A stretch of 6,465 bases of DNA from Fibrobacteria bacterium (GTDB lineage: Bacteria > Fibrobacterota > Fibrobacteria > UBA11236). The translations under genes and the position numbers were made by a program. Of this stretch, positions 5,156 to 6,465 are shown in pieces. The stretch lies in the NCBI GenBank assembly GCA_043732185.1, contig JAYTHY010000011.1:1-6465 (forward strand). Direction: 5' to 3'. Each line of letters opens with the position of its first letter. Position 1 is the stretch's first letter. The notes under the pieces were generated by a model. The model saw nothing but the letters and a program-made list of their open reading frames with translations. It was not told where the DNA came from and did not search any database.

Positions 5156-6465
5156 CTACCGCATGAATAATGGGCGTCCGAGGTGCGCGGCCTTTTCCGT
5201 ACCCATGGGACGGCGGCCGAGCAGATCAAATTCGGACCGCCAGATGTCCAAACGGGCCGGGCGCAATATAGGAGTTAGAGATACTGGCACGCTCACGGTG
5301 ATGGAAGTCGATTGGCAGGTGGGCGTTCCACCATTATCAAGGCATAGATCGATTTTCAGTAATCCATCAGTTGAGCTTTTTAACATTACCCCATTACTTA
5401 GCAACGCGGTGTCGACGAGGGTTCCCGAAAACGTCCAGGACCAATGAATGACGGAGTCACGGCCCGCCTTAAGAGTAGCCAGGTTGGTAATGGTAGGACG
5501 GATGGGCAGCGTGTCGGTGCCATTCCAAGTTTGAATTGCAGGGAGATTGAAAATGGGATCAGGACTGCTTTCCTTGATCTGTATGCGTATATCCCTATGC
5601 GGTGAGGAATCCGGAAAGATGGCTGTAAGTCGGTACACCAATGCCGTGTCCTTTGTCACACGAGGCAAGGTTAGGAATTGCACTTTTGATTCCGGGTCCA
5701 GGAGGCTTGGCGCAGGTCCCGAAACCACGGACCAGGAAAGACTGCTGGCGCAATTCTCGGTAGCCGTCAAGGTCAAAAGTGAACCTTCATTTAGTGTCGT
5801 GTCTCGGGGAGCGATGAAGCTCGCTATGCAACGACTGGTTAGTTTGAGGGATACCAGTGATTGAACTGGCTTTTGATTCTCATAGGACAATTGGATCCAA
5901 TTTGTCGAACGTGCTGTTGTGCTTATTTCCAGTTCGTCTATTTTGCCATTAAAATAGCGGCTAGTATTCCAGGAACCAATATGGGAGGGGCTCACAAGAT
6001 CGACGCCTCTGGCCGTTGTCGGTGTAAGGGAATCACTCAATTTTCCGTTAACAAAAAATTTCATTTGTAGAGCGAGGGCGTCATATGTCATCGCGATGTG
6101 ATACCAAGCGGCAGGTTGGAAGGGAAATGTAGCATCCAAATCCGTTGGGGAATTTCCGTTCAAGCCAACCCTTAATCTGGAATTGGTAAACTGAAAGTGT
6201 AAATCGTGGGTCGTCCAATTGTCGTTAAGCCAAATGGCATCATAGGAACCTCCAGGGCTTAAGGCATTGGCAAATACCCAGGCAGATACCGTAATGGCAC
6301 TGGTGGTATCGGTACCTAGGGCTGGAAGAGCGATGGAATTTGTACTTCCATCAAAAGCCTGAGCCAGGCCAATGGCTCCAGGCTGCTTGGATCCTGCCCC
6401 CATTCCCACGCCCTGCCCATGAGCTCCCTTGAAAGTAGCGTCTTTGTAATTGCCTGGATTGGTAT
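5156..6465 (-). CDS. Large secreted LamG/ConA-like domain protein (probably DUF2341-associated); 5' end lies outside the window
   Basis: The frame is open to the window edge (TNPGNYKDATFKGAHGQGVG...). LamG motifs: ITVSAWV, WYHIAMTYD, FFVNGK, HIGSW, FNGKIDELEIS..ARS.NWIQLSYENQ. Ig/PKD-like segments and a C-terminal FDLLGR tail follow. Confidence 0.9.
   Translation of the reverse strand, partial: TNPGNYKDATFKGAHGQGVGMGAGSKQPGAIGLAQAFDGSTNSIALPALGTDTTSAITVSAWVFANALSPGGSYDAIWLNDNWTTHDLHFQFTNSRLRVGLNGNSPTDLDATFPFQPAAWYHIAMTYDALALQMKFFVNGKLSDSLTPTTARGVDLVSPSHIGSWNTSRYFNGKIDELEISTTARSTNWIQLSYENQKPVQSLVSLKLTSRCIASFIAPRDTTLNEGSLLTLTATENCASSLSWSVVSGPAPSLLDPESKVQFLTLPRVTKDTALVYRLTAIFPDSSPHRDIRIQIKESSPDPIFNLPAIQTWNGTDTLPIRPTITNLATLKAGRDSVIHWSWTFSGTLVDTALLSNGVMLKSSTDGLLKIDLCLDNGGTPTCQSTSITVSVPVSLTPILRPARLDIWRSEFDLLGRRPMGTEKAAHLGRPLFMR

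Noticed and set aside
5163..6070. Three + strand ORFs
   Set aside because: Antisense to the LamG protein gene.
1..6465. CRISPR array, tRNA/rRNA genes, IS transposase, or a canonical class 1-3 integron
   Set aside because: I saw no regularly spaced direct repeats, cloverleaf or rRNA-like sequence, or transposase motifs. The integrase lacks the IntI insertion and no recognisable attI was seen.

Overview
The window looks like an accessory or decaying mobile locus. At the left is an intact tyrosine recombinase (72..1004, -) that resembles integron integrases but lacks the IntI-specific insertion. At the right is the 3' part of a large secreted LamG (probably DUF2341-type) protein gene that runs off the window edge; its style suggests Fibrobacterota/FCB-group, which is an inference. 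Between them are a few intact small genes: an orphan HTH antitoxin, a basic 'MSRSYRK' protein, a small HTH-like protein and an exported protein. These are interspersed with short gene fragments joined abruptly: MGMT/ATL, HI1420-type antitoxin, DUF6088/AbiEi-like, a RelE/HigB-type toxin with two deletions, and EamA. Degenerate attC-like motifs are also present. The most striking structure is a likely leaderless 21-codon uORF whose UAG lies in the 5' arm of a hairpin that buries the SD and AUG of the MSRSYRK gene, which suggests a translation/termination-sensing switch. All family assignments come from motif recognition by eye; no searches were run.
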